From the human T2T-CHM13v2.0 reference genome, Homo sapiens, in the NCBI RefSeq assembly GCF_009914755.1, contig NC_060934.1: 64,000 nt of DNA, one strand, 5' to 3'. The position numbers and the translations under genes are program-made. Within the stretch, counting starts at the first letter, position 1. Each line of letters begins with the position of its first letter. Of this stretch, positions 1 to 14,460 are shown in pieces. The notes under the pieces were generated by a model. The model had not been told where the DNA came from. It made no database searches and saw nothing but the letters and a program-made list of their open reading frames with translations.

Positions 1-130
1 TTTGTATTTTTAGTAGAGACGGGGTTTCTCCATGTTGGTCAGGTTTGTCTCGAACTCCCAACCTCAGGTGATCCACCTACCTCGGTCTCCCAAAGTACTG
101 GGATTACAGGCAGGAGCCATCATGCCTGGC
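1..130 (-). mobile_element. Alu (AluS-type), left arm, cut by window edge
   Basis: tttgtatttttagtagagacgggg...ctcccaaagtactgggattacagg...cctggcc = reverse-complement Alu left monomer. Confidence 0.95.
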
Positions 131-689
131 CCCTTTCTTTCTTAAAAAAGGAGGAGGGATGCCCTAAATATATTGAGATTGTGGCATCACTTACATTATA
201 TTTTAGCCCCTGACACCCATGAAATCCATTAGCAAGTCAGTGCCTTGAAGAGTGGCCATTTTTATCACATATTCATCCATTTTCAATACATTTTCAGATT
301 TCCAGGAGCTCTGAAGTTCCCCTAAATTCGCCCAACATTTTTGAACCTCTCCCACAGGTCAGACCTACTGCAGGCAAAGGGAGATTGAGACTACCAGGCT
401 ACCCTTGCCTTCCCGGAGTTCACTGTTGAGGAGGGGGCTGATGTCTCCAAATGATGGCAGTTCCTGGTGAGTGCTGAAACAGAAGCACATACAGTGCTGT
501 CTATTCAACAGGGGAGTGGAGAGTGACTTCCTGAGGATGTCTGGGCATTTGGGAGGTGGCATTTGAGCTGGAGGCTTGAAGGATGGGGCAGAGTTTTTAC
601 TAGGTGGTAGAAATGAACTACCAAATAATAATAATAATCCATGTGTACTCCCCCCTCCAAAACAACAAAAGCAACAAAAGCGATAGTAA

Positions 690-870
690 TGGCACTTAAT
701 CTGTGGCAGGCACTGTGGCAGGCACTTTGCACTAATTGCTACATTTGATTTGTTATTACAACCATGTGGGACAAATACTATTATGTACCTCACTTCATAG
801 ATAGGAAACTAAGGCTCTAAGAGACCCAGTAACTTGCCTGAGGCCACACAACCATCTAGCATTGAGATTA
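690..870 (-). mobile_element. MIR
   Basis: catagataggaaactaaggctctaagagacccagtaacttgcctgaggccacac resembles reverse-complement MIR core. Confidence 0.65.
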
Positions 871-1311
871 AATGAAGTTGAATGCCTCTCTCCCCTCCAC
901 CCCCCCATTCCAAGACCAACTTTGACAAAAGGCTGAATTTGCCTTTCACAAAGGTCATGCACCCCCTCTTCAACAACTCCATGTTCATTCAACTGTTCCC
1001 TGCATGTCTACTAGGTGTCACACATTGGGCTGGCGCTAGGGGTACAAAAATAAGATGTAGACCCCTATCCTCAGGGAATAGTCCAGTCTAGTAAGGAAGA
1101 CCTACACTAGTTAATCAACCACATAACAAGGTGCAAAATGCAAGTCTGAGAAGCCCGAGATTGTGGCCATAGACATGAAGGTCAGTGGCAGGTACAACTT
1201 ACAAATTTGGGGGAGACAGAAACAGTCAGATCATAGTAACAACCATCCTTGAAGAACGTCTCCTTTGCAGGGATAGGGGACAGGCACCTTCCAGGAGACA
1301 GATTCAGGTTC

Positions 1312-1615
1312 TTTTCCTTTTCCTTTATTTTTTGAGATAAGGTCTCGCTCTGTCACCCAGGCTGGAGTGCAGTGGCATGATCTTGACTCACTGCAACCTC
1401 CGCCTCCCAGGCTCAAGGGATCCTCCCACCTCAGCTTCCTGAATAGCTGGGGCTATAGACACACACTACCATGACCAGCTAACTTTTCTATTTTTTGTAG
1501 AGATGAGGTTTCGCCATGTCACCCAGGCTAGTCACGAACTCCTGGACTCAAGCAATGCACCAGCCTCGGCCTCCCAAAGTGCTGGGATTACAGGCATGAG
1601 CCACCTCGCCTGACC
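1312..1615 (-). mobile_element. AluJ-type element
   Basis: Full dimer on minus strand; J-like ggctcaagggatcctcccacc and ggactcaagcaat. Confidence 0.92.
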
Positions 1616-2216
1616 TGGGCTCTTGTCTTAAGAAAGAACTTTCTAATCATTACAGCTGCCTGAAACAGAAGAGACCTATTTCAAGACAGAGTGAGTTTCC
1701 TGCCCTGGAGGCATTCAAGTAGAGGCTAAAGCTCCCCAAAATGGGACTAGTGTGGGGAACAATGAAATCCTTGGCTTCTAGGATCACTTACAGACCCAAG
1801 GTTTTAAGGAGTGTGTCCCCAGAGGAGAATGATTTCAGGCACTTTCAGGAGGATTATTTTCACCAAGAAAGTAAAAAATGATTCAGGCTGCACACAGGGA
1901 ACCTTTCTTATGGACATAGGGGCACCAAGGACAGAAGCAGGCCTAGGTTTTCCTCCCCACAGGGTGTCTCTGAAGCCACCCCAGTCTTGCCCAGCTGCCC
2001 CCCTCCCCTATGTCCAAGCCCACAGGTTCTCTAGGTGACCCCCATCTTCTCACTCTGGTTCCAAAAAATGAACACAGATCATTTGAACACAGGCAAGGGG
2101 CAGGGCAGGAGGAAGAGGACACAGTTTGCAGTTGTAGGGCATTTGGGATGCTACCATCAAGGTCACTGTGACTCCCAACACCTTTGCTGTGGAGGTGTAA
2201 TCCTGGGCAGTTCCTA

Positions 2217-2738
<522 letters not shown>

Positions 2739-2799
2739 TTAGTGACCATCCTACCAGAAACATCTTTCTGCCTTTAAATAAACATATATATAGGTGTGC

Positions 2800-3530
<731 letters not shown>

Positions 3531-3557
3531 TATTAGTCCTTTATCCTTTGCTTAAAT

Positions 3558-3711
3558 CAAGCTTGTCCAACCCATGGCCCGTGGGCCGCATGCAGCCCAA
3601 GATGGCTTTGAATATGCCCCAACACAACTTTGTAGGCTTTCTTAAAACATTTTATATATATATATACACACACATATATATACACACACACACACATATA
3701 TATACACACAG

Positions 3712-3742
<31 letters not shown>

Positions 3743-3857
3743 TATATATTTATATTTAGCTCATCAGCTATAGCTAGTGTTAGTGTATTTTATGTGTGGC
3801 CTGAGACAATTCTTCTTCCAGTGTGGCCCAGGGAAGCCAAAAGATTGAACACCCGGG
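3558..3857 (-). mobile_element. MER30 (hAT-Charlie MITE)
   Basis: caagcttgtccaacc...ggcccagggaagccaaaagattgaacaccc matches recalled MER30; perfect 8-bp TSD GCTTAAAT at 3550-3557 and 3858-3865. Confidence 0.85.
3652..3750. repeat. Compound (TA)n/(CA)n microsatellite inside MER30
   Basis: Direct reading. Confidence 0.95.
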
Positions 3858-3933
3858 GCTTAAATGAATGAGCACTTTCTTGAAAGACAAAACAACAACA
3901 AAAACTTTGATTCAGACCAGTTTCCTGCCTTTA

Positions 3934-4004
<71 letters not shown>
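3934..4004. repeat. (TC)n(TG)n compound microsatellite
   Basis: Direct reading. Confidence 0.97.
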
Positions 4005-4006
<2 letters not shown>

Positions 4007-4329
4007 ACACATCTGTGATTATGAAGGTCTAGGTAAGCCTTGTTTCCTAGTATAATTGTATATCTGTCTGTGTTCTCTGTATAATCATAAATCTCTACCT
4101 AGTAAGCTGAAGTCCTGAATGAATATTCTTAAGAAAGGGTTATATTCCCACCTCAGTGCGGGGATGAGGTCTGTTTCAGCCTCTCCAGCCCCAAGGATAT
4201 TCTCCCATTGTCAGTCTTGCCACTATCTCTGAAGTCTCCCGGCCAAGGCTGTTAGGGAGAGGATAGAAAGGGAAGCTACACTGGGTTTGCCCACAGTGGG
4301 ACCTCAAGTGTTAACTTCGATTTTCCTCA

Positions 4330-4643
<314 letters not shown>

Positions 4644-5244
4644 GTGCACCTGATACCGTGGCTGAGGGGCATAGAACCATGGTGGAAACAGTGCACTACA
4701 AGTCACTCTAGAGGCCCCCACAAGGGGAGGAAAGCGGTGAGGGTAAAATGTCTAAGGTTCTTCCTGCCTGGGGGGCCTGCTCTGCAGAACCCTCCCCTAC
4801 TCTGCTCTCTCTGTCAGTATCCCTCACACATGTGTCACCTCTGCACTCACACATTCACATCTAATCCCACAACTTATATACTTCCCTTACAACCACACCC
4901 ATACCCTCTTATTCTCACATAATTTGTCTTATAATTTTCACACCTTTACACCCACATTCTTGCACACAGCACATTCACAGAATTTGATGTTTACACACTC
5001 CCACCTACATTATTCACTCCTGTGCAGTCTCACACTGATATACTTCATCTTAAGGAAGTGTAGTCATGAGTTCCTTTCAGTCATTGTCATTTATGTTGTT
5101 GAAACCATACCCACAACCCTGCAACTCAACCCAACACTCTTCTTTCGTACATTCTCACAGTCCAACAGAATTCACAGTCATACTTTCACATTCTCCTCAA
5201 ATCTCTTGAACACATGCAGTTACCCAGAGAATCTTACAACATCA

Positions 5245-5559
<315 letters not shown>

Positions 5560-5929
5560 CTAGTCTACCCTCCTTATTTTACAGGTAGGATAGCTGAGCC
5601 TCTGAGAGGAAAAACATGAGTTGATCAAAGTCATACAATCAGTTAATGGCAAGTTCAAGATGTTAACTCCAATCTCATAACTCCCACAATAGTGCTTTTT
5701 CCTGTGGCCAGAGTCCTTCCCTCTCGGTCTTCCTTTCAGTCCCCTGTGCCAAGCCCTCTGCACTGACTCTCAGAAACATTCAAATAGAGGAAGTCGCTCT
5801 TGGAAAGACCGGCAGCCGGGTAAGTGGAACAAGTATGCATTTGGAATACAAAAAGAGCCTGAGCAGGAATATCAAATAGCTTGTAGGCTTAGAGAGAATA
5901 TATGTAAAACACTTGGTACAAAGTAGCAA

Positions 5930-6130
5930 CTGTGAACACTTGTTGGGCACTTACTATATGCTAGGCACTATGCCAAGAACTTTATATATTATCTCATTTA
6001 AGTTTTATGAACTTTTAAAGTACGATTATTTCGCTATCACAGAAGAAGGAAGTGAGGTCCAGAGAAGTAAGTCACTTGCCTAAGGCCACTCAGCTAGTGA
6101 ATTTTGAGACCAAGATTATGCCCTGCTCTG
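5930..6130 (-). mobile_element. MIR
   Basis: gcacttactatatgctaggcact...gaagtgaggtccagagaagtaagtcacttgcctaaggccactcagctagt. Confidence 0.75.
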
Positions 6131-6427
6131 GTTTTCATGCATTATATTATGCTTCTTCCTTCAATAACAAAGGTCACTCTATTGAATCCTTACTTTGTGG
6201 CAGACTGTGTGCTATATATGCATGGTTTCTATGTATCTTTGCAGATAAGGAGACAGAAGCTTGGGGGGTGCTTAATGGACAGTATGTTTTATCATTATAG
6301 ACAGGGAGATTCTAACTTCAAAAGCAAATTTAGCTGTATTTTGCCACAAGGTAAATTATTCAGTTCATGTAAATCTTTAGTGGATCTGATCATTCCCATT
6401 CTCATTCCCATTGATTGGTTTATTTTA

Positions 6428-6723
6428 TTATTATTATTATTATTATTTTGAGACAGAGTCTCTCTGTTGCCCAGGCTGGAGTGTAGCAGTATGATCTCAG
6501 CTTGCTGCAGCCTCCGCCCCCAGGTTCAAGTGATTCTCCCACCTCAGTCTCCCAAGTAGCTGGGATTACAGATGTGTGACACGACACCCAGCTAATTTTT
6601 GTATTTTTAGTAGAGACAGGGTTTCACCATCCAGGCAAGTCTCAAACTCCTGGCCTCTTGTGATCTGCCCACCTCGACCTCCCAAGGTGCTGGGATTACA
6701 GGTGTGAGCCACCGAACCTGGCT
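6428..6723 (-). mobile_element. AluS
   Basis: Full dimer, (TTA)n tail, TSD attggtttatttta. Confidence 0.95.
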
Positions 6724-6919
6724 AATTGGTTTATTTTAAGTCAATCTTCCTTCCTCAGATCTGTAATTCCCTGCAACTCCACCCCAGTGTATCACAGGAA
6801 GAGAGTCCCTGCTGTGATCATACACACAGTTGTTGACTTCCACTCACTAGATGAAGTCATATTCAGGCACACTTCTTACACATGCTGTAAGGCCACTGTG
6901 GCTTAATCAATTAGCAAGA

Positions 6920-7125
6920 CCATTAGGAAATGGAGTCAAAATACGTGGGATCCAGTGCCATCCCTTACTAACTGGAAGACCTCAAGCAATTACTTTCTCT
7001 GCCTCAGTTCTTGCATCTGCAATACTGGAATGGTAATTCTTCCCTCCCAGCATTGTTCTGAGTTTAAAATGCTGTAAGATATTATTATAGAAAGGCTGGC
7101 ATATAGTTAGCACTCAAAACTTACT
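6920..7125 (+). mobile_element. MIR
   Basis: ggagtcaaa...ctctgcctcagttcttgcatctgcaatactggaatggtaa...ctggcatatagttagcactcaa. Confidence 0.65.
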
Positions 7126-7307
7126 ACTCACAGTCTCCCACAAAGATATAATACCAGCGCCTCATACCAACCCACACAGAGACAGTCACAAAAACCTGTA
7201 GACAGGCCCCCATAACACACCAGACTGTAGACTTGCTCAGATCTGCTAGGGGGCTGTTAGAGTAGTTGAGAAAGAGGTTCTTAAGTAACCTTGGACAAGT
7301 CACTTAA

Positions 7308-7610
<303 letters not shown>

Positions 7611-8204
7611 AACATCTCTTTTTAAGAAAAAAAGACTAAAGACTTAAAAAACAAACAACCATAACCACAATACCACTATCACACCTACAAAATTGGTAAG
7701 AATTCATTAATATCATCAATTACCGAATTCATATCCAAATTTTCCTTTTTTTTTAACATTTGGTTTGTTCAAATAAGAAACCACACAAGTTCCACCCAAT
7801 GATGTATTTGGTTGCTTTTTTCTTTCTCTTTTTAAAATGTGTATGAATCTCTTTTCCCTTTGAAGAACCTGGGTTATATGCTCAAAAGACTGTTCCACAG
7901 TTTAAAAAATTCACTTTAAAAAAACTTATTTTTAATGCACAAGTAATATATAAATGTACTATTGGTTGTGAAAAAAGAATAGAAAGGAAATCAGACACTA
8001 CAGATGAAGTGAATGTCTCCCTTGACCATCCCCAATGCCAGCTCTTTAACCTAAATCTCAGTTTTCTCATCCTTAAAATGGGAAAACTTCCCTTCTTAGG
8101 GTTGCAGTGAGAATTAATTCTACAGAGGTTGGAAGCGCTTAGCTCATTGCATGCCTCACGTAATCGTTCAGTAGAAGTCGCCTGTAAGTATTTTTCGTCA
8201 TTGC

Positions 8205-8630
8205 TCTGATGCCGGCAGACGCAGAAAAGCCGTCCGGCCCCGTGCGCGTTCAGCACCCTGGACAGAGGTGGCGGCGGCCCGCGCCCTCCCAGCCCAGCCC
8301 AGCCCAGCCTCCCCCGGCGCTTGGGCTGGGATCTGTAAATGAAACCGCCCGGCTTCCAGCGGGTCCGGTGCAGCCGGTGAAGGGGAAAGAAATCCGGGAT
8401 TTTCCGAGCCGCCTGCTTCGGCTCTGCGTCTGGCGGAGACAATTACTCGGATACGCTCCGGCTGGCCTTCCCGAGGCCCCAGGTCATTTCAGATCTGGGC
8501 CCCGGTCCTTGGGCAGAAGCTGGGCCGAGAAGATCTGGAGCCGGTGCCTCAGTTTCCCGGATTTCCGCGAGGGAGGACCGCGGAAATCGCCACAGGAGAC
8601 CCCCTGGGGATCCCTCCTGCAACCCCTTCC

Positions 8631-8676
<46 letters not shown>

Positions 8677-8860
8677 AGACACTCAGCCTCCACTGCCCTT
8701 GGGAGTTGGGTTGGGGAGCGGGTGGCGGTGTTTGGATGGAGACAGCAGCCTCCTCCGGAAGCCGGCCCAGGGCACAATTAGCAGGGAGCGGAGACGCCCG
8801 CGAAGGCTGATTTAATTAGGTGACACGGTGCCAGGCAGGGATGCGGGGGGAGGGGAGAGC
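8205..8860. promoter_or_regulatory. CpG-island-like block (orphan CGI)
   Basis: High GC and dense CpG outside any Alu; contains (CCCAG)4 and a (CA)n run at 8633-8680. Confidence 0.75.
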
Positions 8861-9229
8861 AGGGTCAAAACATTTTGTAAAAATCTGTTTCACAAACGTT
8901 GCTGCTCCCCTCGGGCCAGAGAGAGATTACTGCGTCTTTGGTGTCGATCAAGGCTGGCAAGAGGCAGCCAGGAGGATGGGGACATATCCTTCTCCTCAGC
9001 CTCCCTCTTTTGTCCAGTCTCCAAAACAGTCCCAGGAGCCATCAGCTCCTCTAGGGTGCAGGGTTTGGGATGACCTGGAAAGAGACCACTTTTATAAGGG
9101 GGAACAAAGTGCTGTCTATCTGATGCATACTCATCTCCCCAATATTCATAAGAATAATATTACCAGGAGTTGCTGGAAGCATCTACTTTCCAAATAAAGC
9201 TATCATTTGCTGAGCAAGTACTCTGCCAT

Positions 9230-9390
9230 TACTAGCTGTCTGATCTTGGTTATTTATGTTCTGTGCCTCAGTTTCCTCATCTCTAAAACAGTAAGGACCC
9301 TTCTAGAGTGGATATGAGGAGTAAAGGAAGCCAATATGTAATAGTAAGCACTTAATAATGGTTTGTTTTGTTATTATTATTTTATTACTA
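9230..9390 (+). mobile_element. MIR
   Basis: actagctgtctgatcttgg...gcctcagtttcctcatctctaaaa. Confidence 0.7.
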
Positions 9391-9555
9391 TTAGGTGCAG
9401 TCTAGTTGTTTGACATCTTTTGTCTCTATTCCTCACAACTCTATGGCATAAATATGATTGTTCTCATCTTATAGATGTAGAAACTGTGACTCAATGAGTT
9501 TAAGTAACTTGCTGTCACTGACCTGGTTAAGGGCAGAGCTAGGAATTAGACTCAG

Positions 9556-9856
9556 GGGCTGGGCACAGTGGCTCACGCCTGTAATCCCAGTACTTTGGGA
9601 GGCGGAGGCTGGTGGGTCACCTGAGGCCATGAGTTCCAGCCCAGCCTGACCAATATGGTGAAACCCCGTCTCTACTAAAAATACAAAAATCAGCCAGGTG
9701 TGGTGGCATGAGCCTGTAGTCCCAGCTACTGGGAAGGCTGAGACAGAATTGCTTGAACCCAGGAGGTGGAGTTTGCAGTGAGCCAAAATTGCCTCACTGC
9801 ACTCCAGCCTGGGTGACAGAGCAAGACTCTGTCTCAAAAAAAAAAAAAAAAAAAAA
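9556..9856 (+). mobile_element. AluS inserted in a minus-strand MIR
   Basis: Full dimer; near-TSD aatt(a/g)gactcag. Confidence 0.95.
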
Positions 9857-11399
9857 TTGGACTCAGAACTGTTTGGTATTAGAGCCTGTGCTTTTTCACC
9901 ATCCCACACCTGAGCTGCCTCAGTTTCCCACTTGTGATCTTCTCTCAGTCCACCTTCCTGGATCCACCACCATAACTGTACATGCCTCGTCCCAACCATG
10001 TCTGGCACAGCCAAACCCACCTCCAGTACCCACAGATTTGTGTGGCACTGAGTAAAAGGAAGCATGCAGCACACGTGTGCACACACACGTACACAAATGT
10101 GCATATGTCACCAGAGACAGTCATACAGGATCACCCTCCCACAGAGAGAGAGACTACCAAACTCACTATCTCACTCAGAAGTAAAGCAAGCCATACACAA
10201 GTGCCTATCTGCCATTGGTCACATTCAGAGCACCCCATCACAAGGGAAAGAGGTTTCACACAGAGAAATAGTGACACCCAACATCACAAAAGAGATGTAA
10301 TGTACAAATACACAGATACACAAGGTATGTAACACTTCCACATACAAACACACCAAAATAATAAGATATGAACAACTGTACACAGCCACATACACAGGAA
10401 GATAGGTTTTTTTTTTTTTTTGTAAGACACCATTTATACAGATACCCACAGAGATACAAAGTCACAACATAGCCACTGGCACACACCATCTCATGGAGAG
10501 GTATAGCTACACACCCACCATAACACCCACAATACACCCACACTTAACAGCTGTAGCCAGACATGATGTGACAGAGAAAGAAAATCAGTGAAAATCCAGT
10601 CCATATGCACACACTTCCTAGACACACCTGCACAGATCACTGAAGACAGGAAACCATAATCTCACAGGCACACAAACATACACACCGCCAGTCTCCTTTC
10701 AGACCCTCTGGGAAGCTGGCTTCAACCCAAGAGCATTCTGCCTCCTAAAGTCTTCAGGGAATGGGGGTCAGTTGACTCCCTTCCCCTCCCTTCTCCAAGC
10801 TGAGTTTAGGGCAGCAGGGACACAGTCCTCCAGCAGACATAGGGAGGGGACCCTGGGCAGCCGATCTTAAGGACACCTTGTCTAGCATCATATTTAGCCC
10901 AAACTGAGGCCAGCTACTGGGACTTAGGGGCTGTCCTTCCATCCCCCCAATCCATTTCCCCCACCATCCCAGCCTCATGCCCCAGCATTATTTTTCAGAA
11001 AAAGGCTGATGGATTTATCAACGACTCCTTCCCTGGGGAGCGAGGACTGTCTCCTCAAACCTCTCCCCCACCTGTTGTCACCTACCTGTGCAGGTGCTGT
11101 GTCTCAGCAGCTCAAAGCTCCAGCCTCGGCAGGGTCCCGAAGGCAAGTGGGTGGAGCCTGGTTCCATCCTCTGCACCCCCCAGTTCTAGCTCCCTCTGCA
11201 GCTGCCCCTCCAGCTCCAGGCCCCCTGGGCAGCCCCCTCCCTCCCTGCCGCCTGCTTGCCCGGCGCTGTGTCTCTTCTCTGAAAACCAGACTAGGGACGG
11301 GGGGAGGGGGGAGGATCCCAGGAGAGGAAGTGGCATCTGACGGCCCCGGCACCAAACCTGGGGGGCTGCAGGGGGGAGGGGAGGAGCAGGGAGGCCTCT

Positions 11400-11760
11400 C
11401 ATTGTGTGAGGGAAATTTTATTTTTAACAGATGCTAAGGCAGATGGCACAGAATTAACAGAAAATGGGAGAGGAAAGAGAGGAAGAACATTACTGACTCC
11501 GGAGAGAGTGGACATTAAAAAAATAAAGAATAAGGGAATGAAAACAAGTTTAAGTGCTCTCTCCGGGGGGGAGGGGGGAGGGGAGGAGAGCTGAGAGGCA
11601 GAGAGGGACGGAGCAGCGTGGTGATAACCAGAGGCGTGAAATTACAAAAGTAAAATTTGTGGGACTCGGGAGGGGCTGAGAAGGCCCCAGTTTCATTGCA
11701 AAACTCACTCAGAAATTACTGATGTGATGTTTGAGCTTTTATCATTAATAATAATCTAGA
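11400..11760. promoter_or_regulatory. Candidate conserved non-coding enhancer element
   Basis: Non-repeat, locally AT-rich, several TAAT/ATTA cores, retained CpGs, Pax-like GGCGTGAAATTA. Confidence 0.4.
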
Positions 11761-11859
11761 GGGGAGGGGAAGACAAAAGGACTTGTGGGCTGGGTGGGGG
11801 GGTGTTGAGGCCCCAGGAAAAAAGGTGCGTGCGCTGTGGGGCAGGGGTGAGAGAAAAGT

Positions 11860-12600
11860 CATTTCTGTGACAGAAAAAAGAAGGTAAGAGAGAAAAACTC
11901 AGGGAGACACAGCAGAAACTGAGACAAATGGAGAGACAGAGGCAGAAGAAAAGGAAAGGAAGGAGAGAAACAAGAGAGAAAAAGGAGGAAGAAGAGAAGC
12001 TGTGGGAGAAGGGTTAAGATAGAAGGGGTGGGGGGAATGAAAGGCAACTAAAGAGAGATCCGGAGGTGGTGCGGCGGAGACAAAGAGACAGAGACGGCAA
12101 AGAAGACAGAGATGAGGAGAGAGACAGCCAGGAAAACTGTATCAGAAACAGAGCAAGACAAAACACACAGTGCACTCAGGGGTATGGAAACTAGCCCCAA
12201 AGCCGAGTGAACAATGGGCAAAGTGACCAGAAGCAGGGGGCCCAGAGAAACACGGCAGGAAGACAAAGACAAAAGAACAGCGGCCCGGACAGACAGAGAA
12301 ATGGATGAAGAAAAAGAAAGAGTTGGGAAGAGTGAGAGACAGAGTGAGTGAAAGGCAGAACAAAACAGAGAGAGAACAAAAAAAAACTCAGACAGACTTT
12401 GAACAAGACACAGAAAGAGTTGGAAAGACAGAAATTTCAAGAGAGAGAGAAAGAGACCCCCACAATCAGGATGAGAAAGGTGAGACTCAGAAAGGGAGAA
12501 AGAAAAACTGAGCCTGAGGCAGAGAGAGACAGAGAGGCTGTGGGGGAGACGACAGAGAGGGCAGGAAGGGAGGAAGGGATGGGAGACAAAGAGGAATGGC
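11860..12600. repeat. GA-rich low-complexity tract
   Basis: About 740 bp strongly purine-biased + strand. Confidence 0.85.
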
Positions 12601-12868
12601 CGTTTATCTCTCCTCCCAAATTAATTGAGGCTACATCAGCCTGAGCCACTAAAACGGAGCGATTATGAATGGGTTAGTCACAGGTGGAGTTAAAGGCCTT
12701 CAGAGGGATATTAGCCAAAATTGAGTGGCTTTTAATTTCTTTCTAACGAGAGACTGTGGCTGGGGAACCAGGCACCGCCTCCACTCAGCTCCACTGCTAA
12801 ACACGGCGTGCAGGCAGCCTGGGCCACTCGCCACCTGACCTGTGTGGCATAGGCAGCCAACTGGAAAT

Positions 12869-12922
12869 GGCCATGCCTGTGACATGCCTGCCACATGCTT
12901 GCAACATGCCTGTAACATGGCC
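12869..12922. repeat. Five-unit 11-bp tandem array (CATGCCTGYNA-like)
   Basis: CATG at 12872, 12883, 12894, 12905, 12916. Confidence 0.85.
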
Positions 12923-14249
12923 CCCCACACAATGGGGGGCCACCACCTTTGTGGTGGGTGAGGAGAAGGAGGGGTCAGAGCCCTTGGAAGTGGCCAGGCG
13001 AGGGAACACATGGGCAAAGGCTGAACAGTCTTGGATGTGGAAGAGGGTGAGAGGGGAAGTAGATGCTTCATTAAAAGTCCTGCCATTGCTACAGGGTTCC
13101 CCAATTACCCCGATCCCACTTTGAGGAAGGCATCATGGTCCAGCATTGCTTTTCTCCATCCTAGAGAAACCAAGTCCCTGAGATTACAAGTACTATTGCC
13201 AACTTACACATGAGTGACAGTGATGACCTGAACCCTAGGAGCAGGATGGTGAGGCCAGAGACCCAGATGTGAGTCTCAACTCAGGCAGAACCCTGGATGA
13301 CACCCCTCTGGCTGGGCCTCGGTTTCTCCATCTATAAAATGAGGGAGCTGAAGTCTCAGATCTCTGCTAGCATCAACATAAGTGAGAGACAGAGGGAGTG
13401 AGTTAGACAGACTTCCTGTCTAATGTCTTATCCAGGGGTCCCTGCTGCATAGGGGACATATGGGTTAGGATATGTGACCCAGGAGAGCATTTGCAATCAC
13501 TGGAATAAGGTATGTGAACTAAACATAGGGTCCCTGGTCCAGCATGATACAAGTCACAGAAAGTGCAGTGATGGTCCCAGGCCGTGAATTCACAGATGAT
13601 GGACGCCTGGGTGGTGAGGGCTAAGGAAGGCTAGAGAGGAGGAAAGATCACTGTAGATTAGCGGAGCCCAGCGAGGGTGTAGTTTGAAGAGGGTCATGAG
13701 TGGTTGGTTGGAGCCACGGGAGAGGACATTCCTAGTGGGGACACCGAGATCAAAGGTACAGTGGTGCCACCTGGCTGGAATTGACCCTACATGGATATAT
13801 GGTGGGCAAGGATGAGGGGGACAGAGGGGAGACAGTGGGCCCTGGTCTTGCAGGCTTTGAGGCTTGAGTGAGAACACGGAACTCAACCCTGTAGGTGTGG
13901 GACGGAGGGTGCAGAGTGGGGTTCTGGGCACAGGCAGAAGAGTGTTTGGGGATTTGGGGTATTTAGGGGAGGTCACCATGGGACAGGAGTTGGGGGAGAG
14001 CATGGAAACAAGTCAGCAGACGGGGGACTGATGTAACAGGGTGGGTGAACCTGAGTGAAGGAGAGGATGGGAGAAATAGAGATGGCAGGACCTGGTAAGC
14101 GACAGGGTATGGGGATGAGGACAGGATATGAGTAAAAGATGACCTTGGGTGTCAAAGCCAGTGCCTTCGAGAATGTTGGTGACCACAGCAGTAGGCAAAG
14201 CGGGATGGGAGCTAAGGCAGACACAAAGATGCTGGCTTCCACCCGAGAA

Positions 14250-14460
14250 CAAAGAGGATGTGGGAGGCAGTGTGGTCCGACGGGAAGTTCAGCCATCCAA
14301 GCATCTCTAATATCCAACTTCTTGTGCTTTCTCAGCCACTAATTAGCTATGGGACCTTGGACAAGACACTCCCCATCTCTGGACCTCAGTTTGTTCATCT
14401 ATAAAATGTGGGAGTTGGTCTGGGCTCTTTTTAAGTTTCCCTCTAGGTCTATGATTCTGA
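14250..14460 (+). mobile_element. MIR
   Basis: gggaggcagtgtgg...gaccttggacaagacactccccatctctggacctcagtttgttcatctataaaatg. Confidence 0.75.

Noticed and set aside
5817-5825. Isolated strong donor CGG|GTAAGT (others near 47755, 48279, 60776)
   Set aside because: No supportable acceptor, ORF or promoter; such matches are expected by chance.
8209-8781. 186-190-aa ORFs over the 8-kb CGI
   Set aside because: GC-rich stop-codon scarcity; includes a (CA)n-derived TH repeat; no domain.
9469-10104. 211-aa ORF and many other Alu-derived ORFs
   Set aside because: Typical antisense-Alu translations (FFFFLRQSL..., [11 protein letters not shown]...).
12048-12649. K/E/R-rich and F/L/S-rich ORFs (also 23723-24055, 50756-51430, 59544-59960)
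   Set aside because: Translations of purine/pyrimidine low-complexity tracts.
12869-12922. CRISPR-like or other prokaryotic array
   Set aside because: Mammalian DNA; 11-bp units with no spacers.
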